Origin: Sphingobacteriales bacterium
Lineage (GTDB): Bacteria > Bacteroidota > Bacteroidia > Chitinophagales > CAIOSU01
DNA: 64,000 nt
Assembly: GCA_027483645.1 (NCBI GenBank)
Contig: JAIXUD010000023.1
Location: 90,639 to 154,638 of the forward strand
Direction: 5' to 3'
Shown: one piece after another, positions 37,908 to 47,442 of the stretch
Numbering within the stretch: the first letter of the stretch is position 1
How the letters are laid out: each line of letters opens with the position of its first letter
Made by a program: the position numbers and the translations under genes
Notes under the pieces: model-generated
What the model was told of the DNA's origin: nothing
The model's database searches: none
Seen by the model: the letters and a program-made list of their open reading frames with translations, nothing else

Positions 37908-40238
37908 TCAAAAATCAAAGTTGTAAGTAATGGAAGGGACTATCGGGAACAGGTAGGTTTTGTAAGCGGCCGTTTTGCTTGCGTCGTCATCATCTTCCCT
38001 AAAGACTATTGAGAAAACGTTTTTATTATAGTAGGCATTGTAAACCGAGAAGTTGAGGCCGTGCTTAAATTTTTTGTTAGGCTTCTGTTTAAAGTCAAGA
38101 TTTGCAGAAAGGTCTAAGCGATGGTATGCGGGCAATCGGTAGCCGTTGCGCTCGCTAAAGATGGGCACGCTTTGGCCGTTGTATTCATACTTACCTACCG
38201 GGAAGGTAACCGCCAAGCCAGTAGTATATACCCAGTTGGCCGAAATGCTAAACCGCTCGCTTATCTGGTATGATAGTACTATCGCCAAGTTATGGTTGCG
38301 GTCGTACGATACCGGGTATGCCTCGTTATCGTTAATGCCGTCAATTTTACGGCGGGTGCGGCTATAGGTATAGCTCACCCAGCCAGTAAGGCGTCCTTTG
38401 TTTTTACGCACCATACTTTCAATACCATATGAGTAGCCATCGCCGCGCAGGAGCTGGGTTTCAATGTTTTCCTTCAGTAGTAGTTCCGCATTGTCCACGT
38501 AGTCTATCACATCGTGCATATACTTGTAGTAAGCTTCTAGGCTCACCTCAAACATATCCTCCTTAAAGTTGCGGAAATAACCTACCGATACTTGGTCGGC
38601 TTTCATTGGTTGTATATAGTTGTCGGCTGGCACCCAAATATCGAAAGGCGAGCTTACGGTACTGTTGCTAATAAGGTGTAGGTATTGGCGGGTGCGGGTA
38701 TAGTTGGCTTTTACAGCATTTTCCTTGTTCCAGCCATAGCGTATGGCTACGCGCGGCTCGGGGCCGTGGTAGGTTTTAATATGCTCGAAACGGCCATATT
38801 CCGTGGTATCAATTACCTCTCCGTCGCTATCATAGTTAAACACCCTGCCCGGGCCTACTTGAGAAAAAGCCGAGTAACGCAAACCATACGATAGCGTGAT
38901 TTTATCGCCTATTTTCTGTTCATTGCTTACGTATGCGGCATACTCCATGGCGTTTTTATCGGGCATTACGAGGGAGTTGAAAATGGACTCATCAGATGCT
39001 GGTACCACCTCACCTGGCAGGAAGTTGTGGTGCGTAGCTATCACTCCCCATTTAAAAGTATTGTTAGGGTTAAGGTAATTAGTGAAATCACCCTTTAGGC
39101 TGAAGTCGCGGATGCGGGCGTTCCAGTCAAATGCCAAAGCGCCTTCAGGTACTCCTAGCGAGTAGTTGAAATCGCTGAAAACGAAGGTAAAGTTGGCAAA
39201 CATTTTATTGCTTACCACGTGGTTCCAGCGGAAGGTAGCCGTAGCGTTGCCCCAATCGGTAGCAAAGTTGTTGCCGAACCCGAATACATCCCTACCGAAA
39301 TAACCCGAAACGAAAATGCGGTTCTTCTCATTGATGCGCCAGTTATATTTGGCATTTAAGTCGTAGAAGTAGAGCTTGTTCTGGTTGATTTCCTCATTGG
39401 GTGATAGCTTCAAAAATAAATCGACATACGTGCGGCGACCACTAACGATAAACGACATTTTATCTTTAATTATCGGTGCTTCTACAGTCAAACGGCTACT
39501 GATGAGTCCAATGCCACCACTCACACCAAACTTCTTCATGTTTCCGTCCTTCATCCGCACATCCAATAAAGATGATAACCTACCGCCATAAGCCGCTGGT
39601 ATGCCACCTTTGTATATTTCCATGTCCTTTATGGCATCGGAGTTGAACACCGAAAAGAAGCCCAGCAAATGCGATGCATTGTATACTACTGCCTCATCCA
39701 GCAATATCAGGTTTTGGTCAACCCCACCGCCACGCACAAAAAAGCCTCCTACACCTTCGCCGGCACCCACTATACCAGGTAGTAGTTGTAGCGTTTTAAT
39801 AATGTCCACCTCACCAAATACGGCAGGTATTTTCTTCACCGTTTGTATATCCAGCTTCACCACACCCATATCCACATCAGTCACGTTTTTGTTCATGCGC
39901 TCGCTGGTTATTTCCACCTCATCAATCTTCTTACTCTCGCTGGCCATTTCGATGGTCTGTACAATGTCTTTATCCAGCACCAAAGTATCGCGACGTGAAT
40001 TGTAGCCTATATACTGATAGATAACTGTATAGGTACCCTCAGGTACGGTAAGTGAGTAGAAGCCGTACACGTTGGTGGCAGTGCCTGTTTTTAGCTCTTC
40101 AATATAGATAGTTGCACCAATAAGTTCTTCGCCATTGTCACCATCTTTAATGTGGCCGCTGATGGTGTATTTGTTTTGTGCCGTTACAGAGAAGGCAAAG
40201 AGAAGAAATAGGAAGGGTAGGAGGGTATGCTTGAACAT
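37908..40238 (-). CDS. TonB-dependent receptor with N-terminal carboxypeptidase-regulatory-like domain
   Basis: ISGHIKD..NGEELIGATI, TNVYGFYSL, LQLLPGI, VRGGGVDQNL, C-terminal PSITYNFDF. TAGTTTTG -7 element at 40255-40262 (-). Confidence 0.92.
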   Translation of the reverse strand: MFKHTLLPFLFLLFAFSVTAQNKYTISGHIKDGDNGEELIGATIYIEELKTGTATNVYGFYSLTVPEGTYTVIYQYIGYNSRRDTLVLDKDIVQTIEMASESKKIDEVEITSERMNKNVTDVDMGVVKLDIQTVKKIPAVFGEVDIIKTLQLLPGIVGAGEGVGGFFVRGGGVDQNLILLDEAVVYNASHLLGFFSVFNSDAIKDMEIYKGGIPAAYGGRLSSLLDVRMKDGNMKKFGVSGGIGLISSRLTVEAPIIKDKMSFIVSGRRTYVDLFLKLSPNEEINQNKLYFYDLNAKYNWRINEKNRIFVSGYFGRDVFGFGNNFATDWGNATATFRWNHVVSNKMFANFTFVFSDFNYSLGVPEGALAFDWNARIRDFSLKGDFTNYLNPNNTFKWGVIATHHNFLPGEVVPASDESIFNSLVMPDKNAMEYAAYVSNEQKIGDKITLSYGLRYSAFSQVGPGRVFNYDSDGEVIDTTEYGRFEHIKTYHGPEPRVAIRYGWNKENAVKANYTRTRQYLHLISNSTVSSPFDIWVPADNYIQPMKADQVSVGYFRNFKEDMFEVSLEAYYKYMHDVIDYVDNAELLLKENIETQLLRGDGYSYGIESMVRKNKGRLTGWVSYTYSRTRRKIDGINDNEAYPVSYDRNHNLAIVLSYQISERFSISANWVYTTGLAVTFPVGKYEYNGQSVPIFSERNGYRLPAYHRLDLSANLDFKQKPNKKFKHGLNFSVYNAYYNKNVFSIVFREDDDDASKTAAYKTYLFPIVPSITYNFDF

Positions 40239-40456
40239 TGTAACTAAATTTGTGCAAAACTACGCAGATGGCTTAAAAAAGGGTGCTATATTATTGTTAT
40301 GATATTAAGTCGGTCAGAGAACGATAAAAATCGTGTCGGAGTTGCCTAGAGTGGATTGTTTTTGTGTATAATAGACTAATTGCTAGTTTTTGAGGACTAA
40401 CTACATTCTGAGGGCAAATTTCAAGAGAATCATTATTTTGCGAATACTTAAAGCCT

Positions 40457-40822
40457 ATGCAAAAAGCCTTGAATATTTACCGAATAATAGTATTGCTGGC
40501 AAGCGCTGGCGCTGAGTTGGCAGCAGGCTACCTGATGGCCTTCAAGCCCGAAACATTTTTCGAAAACCCAAGCAGCGATATAATTAGCCTTGCGGGCTCA
40601 TTTGCGGTTGGTGCCACAACTATTGGCATCTATAGTATTATGTTGCTTTTCCTAAAAGAGCGGCAGGCTCAGTTGGCGGGCATTACAATACTGGCATTAT
40701 ACCATGCAGGTATAGGCATTACGCAAACTATTTGTGGTAGTGTGGGCATAGAAGCTACCCTTTTCCATGGTTGGCTTACTGTTTCTTTGATCGGATTAGC
40801 GGTTTGGGTTGGGAGGAAGTGA
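40457..40822 (+). CDS. Small 4-TM membrane protein of unknown function
   Basis: 121-aa hydrophobic ORF with ATG start. Confidence 0.6.
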   Translation: MQKALNIYRIIVLLASAGAELAAGYLMAFKPETFFENPSSDIISLAGSFAVGATTIGIYSIMLLFLKERQAQLAGITILALYHAGIGITQTICGSVGIEATLFHGWLTVSLIGLAVWVGRK

Positions 40823-40874
40823 TCTGAAATATCCTGCTTTAAGTGCGCTTCTCAATTGCCTTGGATACGGTTTT

Positions 40875-40970
40875 AACCACAAAGTACACAAAGGAAATCA
40901 CGAAGAACACGAAGACTGTAATAGGTACTTATTGAATTTAGTGGCTTTTTTCTTAGTGTTCTTAGTGGTT
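40875..40970. mobile_element. MITE-like palindromic element of the 9-mer (CACAAAGAA/CACTAAGAA) family, copy 1
   Basis: AACCACAAAGTACACAAAG...CACGAAGAACACGAAG...CTTAGTGTTCTTAGTGGTT; related copies at 47311 and 63299. Mobility is inferred. Confidence 0.7.
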
Positions 40971-41012
40971 GGGGTTTTTCGCAGCATAAATCAAGACAAC
41001 CGCTTACCTGTA

Positions 41013-41040
41013 CATGGTCCATCGTCCATGGTCCATCGTC
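41013..41040. repeat. Heptamer tandem array (CAT[G/C]GTC)x4 just downstream of the batE stop
   Basis: CATGGTC CATCGTC CATGGTC CATCGTC. Confidence 0.85.
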
Positions 41041-41044
41041 TAAT

Positions 41045-41818
41045 TTAAATCACCCCCAGCATCTCACCTGCTACCCAGCCAACTTTATCGCCAGCATCAT
41101 CGGGTAGTTTTACTTTTTGCCATCCGTTTTCGGTTTCTAGCAGGGTTACTTTGGTACCTTCACGAAGGATGAAAAGGTCGGTACTGTTTTCGTCAGGGGC
41201 AGCTTTTACATAGGTATTGGTAACGATGATAATGCCCTGGTCCGAAGAGAGCTGATACTGATACTGCATGCGGGCAAAGACAATGAGTACAATGGAGCTG
41301 ACCAGCAATAATGCCATTACCCCAAAACATAAGCGGCGCAGCCACAGCATGCGCGAAAGCAAATATATGGCCCCAAGTACCAAGGCCAGCCATACGGCGG
41401 CTAATGCCCACATACCCCAGCCCGAAGCGGAACGGCCGTGCACAAAGCTTTTGTACCAGCTCACCAAGATAAACTCAGTGGCGGGTGTTACCCTATCACT
41501 AATGCGAAGGTTGGCCAATTTAAGGTTGAAGGCTGCATCATCCAACTCTGGGTTCAGCTTTAGGGCGCGCTCATAATTGAGTATGGCCATGCCCATCTTA
41601 TCCAAGCGGAAGTAGGCGTTGCCGAGGTTATAAAACAACACATCCGAACTGTGCCCCAACGCCAATACTTGCTCATAGCCTTTTACGGCTGCCTCGTAAT
41701 CTTTCTCTATAAAGGCCTCGTTGGCTGGTACGTAAAACGTGGATACATCCACCTTGTTTTCGGCGCTAGCGGCAAACATGCCAAGCATGAGGGCGATATG
41801 GAGTATCAATAACCTCAT
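41045..41818 (-). CDS. batE: BatE (TPR + TM + SH3-like)
   Basis: YNLGNAYFR...AILNYERAL..NP, DLFILREGTKV, KVGWV; last gene of the bat cluster. Confidence 0.85.
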   Translation of the reverse strand: MRLLILHIALMLGMFAASAENKVDVSTFYVPANEAFIEKDYEAAVKGYEQVLALGHSSDVLFYNLGNAYFRLDKMGMAILNYERALKLNPELDDAAFNLKLANLRISDRVTPATEFILVSWYKSFVHGRSASGWGMWALAAVWLALVLGAIYLLSRMLWLRRLCFGVMALLLVSSIVLIVFARMQYQYQLSSDQGIIIVTNTYVKAAPDENSTDLFILREGTKVTLLETENGWQKVKLPDDAGDKVGWVAGEMLGVI

Positions 41819-43602
41819 GTAAGCGAGTTTTCTAGTTTTTCAATTAGGGCGGTGGCGCGGTCGTAAGTTTGCTGTAGGCTATCTTTGATGGCTGAAGGTG
41901 CATACAGCGCCATTTCCGATACATCCAACAGCGATATCAACTCCTTGATGACATCTTCGGCTATGCCTTTTTTTCGAAGTGCTACCGCGGTGCCTTCTTT
42001 ACTAAGGTCGGCGGGTGGTATGCCCAGTTTGTCGCCTACATAGCCCCAAGTGGCTTTTAGCAGTTCATCATAAAACCCACGAGCGTCGTTGGCTTTTAGG
42101 CGAATCTCAGCTTGCTTTAGGCGCTTAGCCGCTATCTTACCCGCAGCACGGTGTTTCATGAGCGAGGTGTCGCCCTGCATAGCGTCGCGCTTGCGCTTGT
42201 AGACCACTAGCCCGCCAAACAGCACAAATGGTAACGCATATAAACCAGCAAAAGCCGGTATCGATAAAAAGAAGCCGCCATCACTTTTGAGGTTGGGGTT
42301 GCCGGTGGCTATGTAGCGTATATCCTGGCCAAGTAGTTCTACTTCCTCCTTATTAATGCCCGTGGTGGTAAGGCCGCTGCTTGTAGTAGCCTCGCCAGTA
42401 ACTGTTAGGGAAAACTCTGGAGAGCGCAGGGTAACATATTGTTTCTTAGTGAGGTCGAAATAGCTAACTGTAAACGAAGGCAGCTTGTAAGTGCCCGGCC
42501 TACGCGGAATCAACAGGTAATCAACCTGTTTGGTACCGCCTACCACATTGCCTTGTCGGGTTGATTTTTCGGTAACCTTCGGGTCGAAAATGTCGAAATC
42601 CTTGGGTAGCTCGGGTTTGGGGTTTTCTAAGAAACGCACGTTGCCTTTGCCGCTAAATTTTACGGTAAGTGTAATTGGGTCGTCGGTACGGGCATCGGTT
42701 TTGTCAATAGTTACCTGCATGTTCAAGTCGCCCACCAAACCGTTGAAATCGGAAGGCATGTTGCTGGCTGGAAGGGGCTTAACGGTAACTTTACCTGCTT
42801 TGCTGGTAAACTTGTGCGGTATTTGCTGCGAACTCCAGCCACGGGGTATCAGCACCGTGCACTCCATGCCCATGGCATCCACATCCAGCTCACCGGTTTT
42901 TTGAGGGAATAGTGCCACTTTTTTGATGATGGCTACATCGTATTGCACGCCATTATAGGTCTCCACATTGAATTCAATCTGGCCGGGCTCCTGTATGTCC
43001 ACCGCCCAAAACCCGTTGAAGGCGGGCGTGGCATCAATGGCATATTGGGCTATCTGCAACTTACGGTATAGTTTATAAGTTGCTGTTACCTGCTCGCCCT
43101 TGTATACCTCATCTTTATCCAGCGTCAACCGCATGAAAAGGTTTTCGTTCAGGTAGTCGTTTACGCTAATGGTGCCAGTCTTTTTATCGGCTGGTTTGTT
43201 TACCGTAATGCTAATGCTATTGCTCTTAACACTTTTACCGCCGCTAACAATGGTGGCAGGGCCAATAGTAAACTTGCCCGGAGCCTGCGCCTGCAATAGA
43301 TACACTACTTGCAATGTACGGTTTTGCACCCCGTTTATAATGGTCACTTGCTCCCCTCGGCTAGGGCCTGCAACTATGTTGAACCCATTGAATGCAGGTG
43401 GTGTAAAGCTTTGCGGTTCCATGTTTTCAATCAAAAACGTTAATTGAAAACTCTCATTAGCGTTTACTGGGTTGCGCTGCACTACGGCCTTAAAGGCAGG
43501 CGTTTGTGCCATAGAACCCAACGCCAATAAGCATACCAATGCCCAAGTAGCTATGACTCTGCTGCCCATCTCTTGCTTGATATGTTTACCAATCTTTTTC
43601 AA
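41815..43602 (-). CDS. batD: BatD family protein
   Basis: PPAFNGFNIVAGPS, VYKGEQV..TYKLY, FNGLVG, GKGNV, LIPRRPG.Y, C-terminal TM. Start TTG 43602 or ATG 43569. Confidence 0.88.
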   Translation of the reverse strand: MKKIGKHIKQEMGSRVIATWALVCLLALGSMAQTPAFKAVVQRNPVNANESFQLTFLIENMEPQSFTPPAFNGFNIVAGPSRGEQVTIINGVQNRTLQVVYLLQAQAPGKFTIGPATIVSGGKSVKSNSISITVNKPADKKTGTISVNDYLNENLFMRLTLDKDEVYKGEQVTATYKLYRKLQIAQYAIDATPAFNGFWAVDIQEPGQIEFNVETYNGVQYDVAIIKKVALFPQKTGELDVDAMGMECTVLIPRGWSSQQIPHKFTSKAGKVTVKPLPASNMPSDFNGLVGDLNMQVTIDKTDARTDDPITLTVKFSGKGNVRFLENPKPELPKDFDIFDPKVTEKSTRQGNVVGGTKQVDYLLIPRRPGTYKLPSFTVSYFDLTKKQYVTLRSPEFSLTVTGEATTSSGLTTTGINKEEVELLGQDIRYIATGNPNLKSDGGFFLSIPAFAGLYALPFVLFGGLVVYKRKRDAMQGDTSLMKHRAAGKIAAKRLKQAEIRLKANDARGFYDELLKATWGYVGDKLGIPPADLSKEGTAVALRKKGIAEDVIKELISLLDVSEMALYAPSAIKDSLQQTYDRATALIEKLENSLT

Positions 43603-44386
43603 TCGTGGTTTTTTCGTTTTGTTCTTTTTCTTTCTTCTGCAGCTTGTCTTGCACCTTTATCTCTTCGTTTTTCAGTGCATCTAGCAATTTCTCCAAGTCT
43701 GCTTTGCTCATCTCGCCGGGTTTGGGCGGCTTCATGTCCTTTTCGTTTTCCTGCTCGTCTTTAGGTTTCTCGGCATCCTTGGGGTTGCCTTTGTTACCGT
43801 CTTTAGGGTCGTTGGGCTTATCATTTTTCTCTCCCTGTTCGTCCTTTGTTTGGTCGTTTTTTTGTTGGTCTTTGTTTTGGCTGCCTTTCTTCTCGTCGCT
43901 TTTATCTTTTTCAGTATCGGGGTCTTGTTGTTGCTGCTTGTCTTGGTCTTGCGGCGGCTGGGTGGCTAGTTTGCTTTGGGCATACGCTAGGTTGTAGCGC
44001 GTGTCGGCATCGTTGGGGTTGTTGCGCAAGGCGTTTTTGTAAGCTTCCACGCTTTCTTCATATTTGTTGGCTTTCAAGTAGGCATTGCCTAGGTTGTGGT
44101 ACGCTTGGGCTTTCAGGTTTTTGTCGGTAGCTAGGTTGGCTGCCAGCTCATATTGTTTAATGGCGGCATCGGTACTATCCTGCTGATAATACGTATTGCC
44201 CTGGTTGATGTAAGCGGCAAGGTAGTCCTTTTTCAACTCCAGTGCCTTGGCATACTTAGCCGCGGCCTCTTTGTACTTACCTTGCTGGTATAGCTCGTTG
44301 CCTTGGCGTATGTAGGTACGCTCATCTTGGGCTTGCAGCACTTGGCACAAACCCAACAGCAATAATATGATGGTTGCTATCCTCAT
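43586..44386 (-). CDS. batC: BatC (TPR protein with Q/D/K-rich linker)
   Basis: GNELY, YHNLGN, YKNALRNNPND.DTRYNLAYA, C-terminal EKDW; ATGA overlap with batB stop. Confidence 0.88.
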   Translation of the reverse strand: MRIATIILLLLGLCQVLQAQDERTYIRQGNELYQQGKYKEAAAKYAKALELKKDYLAAYINQGNTYYQQDSTDAAIKQYELAANLATDKNLKAQAYHNLGNAYLKANKYEESVEAYKNALRNNPNDADTRYNLAYAQSKLATQPPQDQDKQQQQDPDTEKDKSDEKKGSQNKDQQKNDQTKDEQGEKNDKPNDPKDGNKGNPKDAEKPKDEQENEKDMKPPKPGEMSKADLEKLLDALKNEEIKVQDKLQKKEKEQNEKTTIEKDW

Positions 44387-45429
44387 GCTTTGGTTTCTTG
44401 ATTGCCGAAAAGATTTAAACCCCGTATCCATTTGCTGCGGCGCTCGGCCATCAGGAACTCCAAAATTAACAGAACAAAGCCTATTAACACAAAAAGGTAA
44501 TAATAGCTCTTATAATCGGTAACTTGTTTCTCGCTCAACTCGCGCTTTTCCAAGCCTTCCAACTCTTCCACCAAAAAATCCAACTCTTCGGTACCACTGC
44601 CTAGCCTAAAGTATTTGCCGTTGGCAGTGGCGGCCACTTGTTGTAGTGCAAGTTCATTCAGTTTGGTGAGCACGATGCTGCCATCGGTATCGCGCTTAAA
44701 GTCTGATTTGCCATTCTTGCCCATCATCGGTATCGGGGCACCTTTAGGGTCGCCAATACCAATGGTGTGTATCACCACGCCCATTTCTTCGGCTTCTTCG
44801 GCAGCCACTAGTGCTTCGCCTTCGTGGTCTTCCCCGTCGCTAAGGATAATCAGTGCCTTATATTTGCCATCCTCCTCGCTATACGATTCCATGGCCATCC
44901 GTATGGCTTCTGCCAATGAGGTGCCTTGGGTGGGCACCATATCGGTAGTAATGCTGTTGAGGAAAATCTTGGTTGCCGCCTTGTCGCTAGTTAGTGGCAT
45001 TTGCACATAGCTATGCCCTGCAAACACAATTAACCCAATGCGGTCGTTCTTCACACGCTCCACCAACCTTGACACGAATTGTTTTGCCCTGCTAATACGG
45101 TTGGGTTTTAAATCTTCGGCAGACATGCTATTGCTCACGTCAATAGCTACAAACACATCGGCGCCTTTCAGTTTTACCGTCTCTACTTTTTTGCCAATTT
45201 GTGGGTTGGCCATGCCCACTACCAAGGCGCTAAAGCCCAATACCAGCAGAACAAACTTAATGTACACCTTGTATTTGCTGCGCTCCGGCATCAGCGCCAT
45301 CAGCAATTGTTTATCACCATGCTTGCCCAATACGCGCTCTCGCCATACCACATAGGCAAGGAAGGCCAGTGCTGGTAATATCAGCAGCAGCAACCCGTAC
45401 AGGTATTCAGGATGTTCGAGACGCATCAT
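44383..45429 (-). CDS. batB: BatB vWA-domain protein
   Basis: ANPQIG, MIDAS DVSNSM, DRIGLIVFAG, LSDGEDHEG. Confidence 0.9.
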   Translation of the reverse strand: MMRLEHPEYLYGLLLLILPALAFLAYVVWRERVLGKHGDKQLLMALMPERSKYKVYIKFVLLVLGFSALVVGMANPQIGKKVETVKLKGADVFVAIDVSNSMSAEDLKPNRISRAKQFVSRLVERVKNDRIGLIVFAGHSYVQMPLTSDKAATKIFLNSITTDMVPTQGTSLAEAIRMAMESYSEEDGKYKALIILSDGEDHEGEALVAAEEAEEMGVVIHTIGIGDPKGAPIPMMGKNGKSDFKRDTDGSIVLTKLNELALQQVAATANGKYFRLGSGTEELDFLVEELEGLEKRELSEKQVTDYKSYYYLFVLIGFVLLILEFLMAERRSKWIRGLNLFGNQETKA

Positions 45430-46415
45430 TATGGTATGCTTCTTACAAGGGTATAACGCAATATCATTTCCAATAGCAAAAGTATGCCTGCTGCCAGCAG
45501 TATCAAGTAAAACTCTAGCGACACACGTTGTATGGTGCTTACTTCAATCTTGGTTTTCTCCAAGGTATCAATTTCGTCGTAAATCTGCTTTAGGCTCTCG
45601 TTATTGGTAGCCCGGAAGTAGCGGCCGCCGGTCATGTTGGCTATTTCCTTCAGCAGTGGCTCGTCAATATCTACCTCAATGGGCACACCCGGGCTCATCG
45701 GGTGGCGCGCTTTGCCAATGGTACCTACACCAATGGTATAAACCCGTACCCCGAAAGCCAAAGCTGCTTCCGAAGCCGTCATCGGGTCAACAAAGCCGGT
45801 ATTGTTTACGCCATCCGTAAGCAATATTACTACCTTACTTTTGGCCTCGCTATCTTTTAAGCGGCTTACCGCGGTAGCCAAGCCCATACCGATGGCCGTT
45901 CCATCTTCAATCTGGCCATCTTTTATCTCTTTCAATAGGCCCAATACAATCTGCCTATCGGTAGTTATGGGGCATTGGGTAAAACTTTCGCCTGCGAAAA
46001 CCACCAAACCAACTCGGTCGTTCGGGCGGTTGCTAATAAAGTCGGCGGCTAGTTCCTTTGCCGCCACTAATCGGTTGGGCTCAAAATCCTCCGCCAACAT
46101 ACTGGTGGACACGTCCAGCGAAATCACCAAATCAATCCCTTCTGAGGTGATGTTCTCTTCCTTGAGGTTGCTTTCAGGGCGGGCCATTACCACTATCAGT
46201 AGGCAAAAAGTGAGGATGCGCATTAAATAAAGGGCCGTTTTTATCGCTCCCTTATAGGTGCCGCCGGTGCGAAACCCTGCCAACGATGACATGCGGAACT
46301 CAGCATACTGCTTGTTGTACCTAAAGGCTATCCAAAAAAGGAGCAATAACGGTATGATAAGCAGGTAAAATGCTTTGGGATTTGCAAAGGTTATATGGTC
46401 CAATAAACTAAACAT
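45429..46415 (-). CDS. batA: BatA vWA-domain protein
   Basis: MARP, MIDAS DVSTSM, GTAIGMGLATAV.RL, LLTDGVNN. Confidence 0.9.
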   Translation of the reverse strand: MFSLLDHITFANPKAFYLLIIPLLLLFWIAFRYNKQYAEFRMSSLAGFRTGGTYKGAIKTALYLMRILTFCLLIVVMARPESNLKEENITSEGIDLVISLDVSTSMLAEDFEPNRLVAAKELAADFISNRPNDRVGLVVFAGESFTQCPITTDRQIVLGLLKEIKDGQIEDGTAIGMGLATAVSRLKDSEAKSKVVILLTDGVNNTGFVDPMTASEAALAFGVRVYTIGVGTIGKARHPMSPGVPIEVDIDEPLLKEIANMTGGRYFRATNNESLKQIYDEIDTLEKTKIEVSTIQRVSLEFYLILLAAGILLLLEMILRYTLVRSIP

Positions 46416-47442
46416 CCGTTGCGCGTAGGTCGGGTTGTTTGGTAATGGTTATAAACTCTTTGGCAAATTGCATGGCTCGCATGTGGTCTTCGGGCAGGGG
46501 CTGTACCTTGGCAAACTTCGCCAAATCCGACAGCGTAAATACTTCTTTTAGTTGCTCGCGCTGCTTCGGTGGCATTTGGGTTTGGTCGAGGCTGGCGAAA
46601 ATCTCGTAAGTGGTAAGCTCTACTGCGGCAAATTTAAATCGCCCTTCTAGGTATTCGCGCATGGTATCACTAATGCCGCTGTAGTAACCTTTTAGTTCTC
46701 CTTGTTGCCACAGCTTTTTGCGCTCCAATTCGGTGAGGCGTTCCATGGCCAGCTCGTGTGGCGGTAACATCTTCTTCGGCGCAATTTCAGCTGGTTCGGC
46801 TTTCTTGCGCAGTAAGAAGTAAATCAGCACGATAAACGCCACCAACGCCACACCGCCAGCCATTATCCAATACTTGTACTCCCAAATACTGAACTCCTCG
46901 CCGAGCGGGTCTTTAATGGGTTTGAAGGCTTGGGTGGTATCTACCGGTACGGTGTTTACCTGCAACAGTATCGGGTAATTTTGCAGCGTAATCGGCGCGG
47001 TATCGTTAGCGGTTTTGTAGGAGAAGTTGAAAGATGGGATGATGTAAAAACCCGTATCCCAAGCGGTAATCTGCACACGCATGCTTTGCTGCATGTAGCC
47101 GCCGGTAAGTATGGTATCAATCTTACTGGTTTCGAGCACTTCCACATTGCGGGCGGAGTCGATGGCAATACTTTCGGCGATGGTGGGCCAATAGATGGTA
47201 ACGTCGGTAGGGTGTTTTACTTGTAGGGTAACGGTGGATGGCGCGCCAATCAATATTTCCTTTGGGGCGATAGTGGCCTCTACTTCTGGCTGGGCTTGTA
47301 CGGTTAAACAAACCACAAAGAACACTAAGAAAAAGAAAACACGAAGAACACTAAGACCTGCATTTTGTCCTTTGCATACTTGCCTGCCCCGCCTTTGGCG
47401 TGGGTGTATTTCCTTTGTGTACTTAGTGGTTAAACTTCTCAT
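46408..47442 (-). CDS. Conserved bat-cluster membrane protein between DUF58 and batA, with a repeat-derived N-terminus
   Basis: ITAWDTG, IKDP, TM, PPHE.A...L, YY...SD..REYLE.RF, SDLAKFAK; ATGA overlap with DUF58 stop. Confidence 0.85.
   Translation of the reverse strand: MRSLTTKYTKEIHPRQRRGRQVCKGQNAGLSVLRVFFFLVFFVVCLTVQAQPEVEATIAPKEILIGAPSTVTLQVKHPTDVTIYWPTIAESIAIDSARNVEVLETSKIDTILTGGYMQQSMRVQITAWDTGFYIIPSFNFSYKTANDTAPITLQNYPILLQVNTVPVDTTQAFKPIKDPLGEEFSIWEYKYWIMAGGVALVAFIVLIYFLLRKKAEPAEIAPKKMLPPHELAMERLTELERKKLWQQGELKGYYSGISDTMREYLEGRFKFAAVELTTYEIFASLDQTQMPPKQREQLKEVFTLSDLAKFAKVQPLPEDHMRAMQFAKEFITITKQPDLRATDV
47311..47431. mobile_element. MITE-like 9-mer-family element, copy 2, lying inside the 5' end of a CDS
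   Basis: AACCACAAAGAACACTAAG...CACGAAGAACACTAAG...CTTTGTGTACTTAGTGGTT. Confidence 0.75.

Noticed and set aside
40809..41048. 79-aa ORF with HKVHKGNHEEHED and a hydrophobic stretch
   Set aside because: It is a translation of the 9-mer element and heptamer array, with a weak TTG start inside the previous gene. Not called as a gene.
43700..43960. Low-complexity Q/D/K-rich coding stretch
   Set aside because: Ordinary disordered linker of BatC-type proteins.
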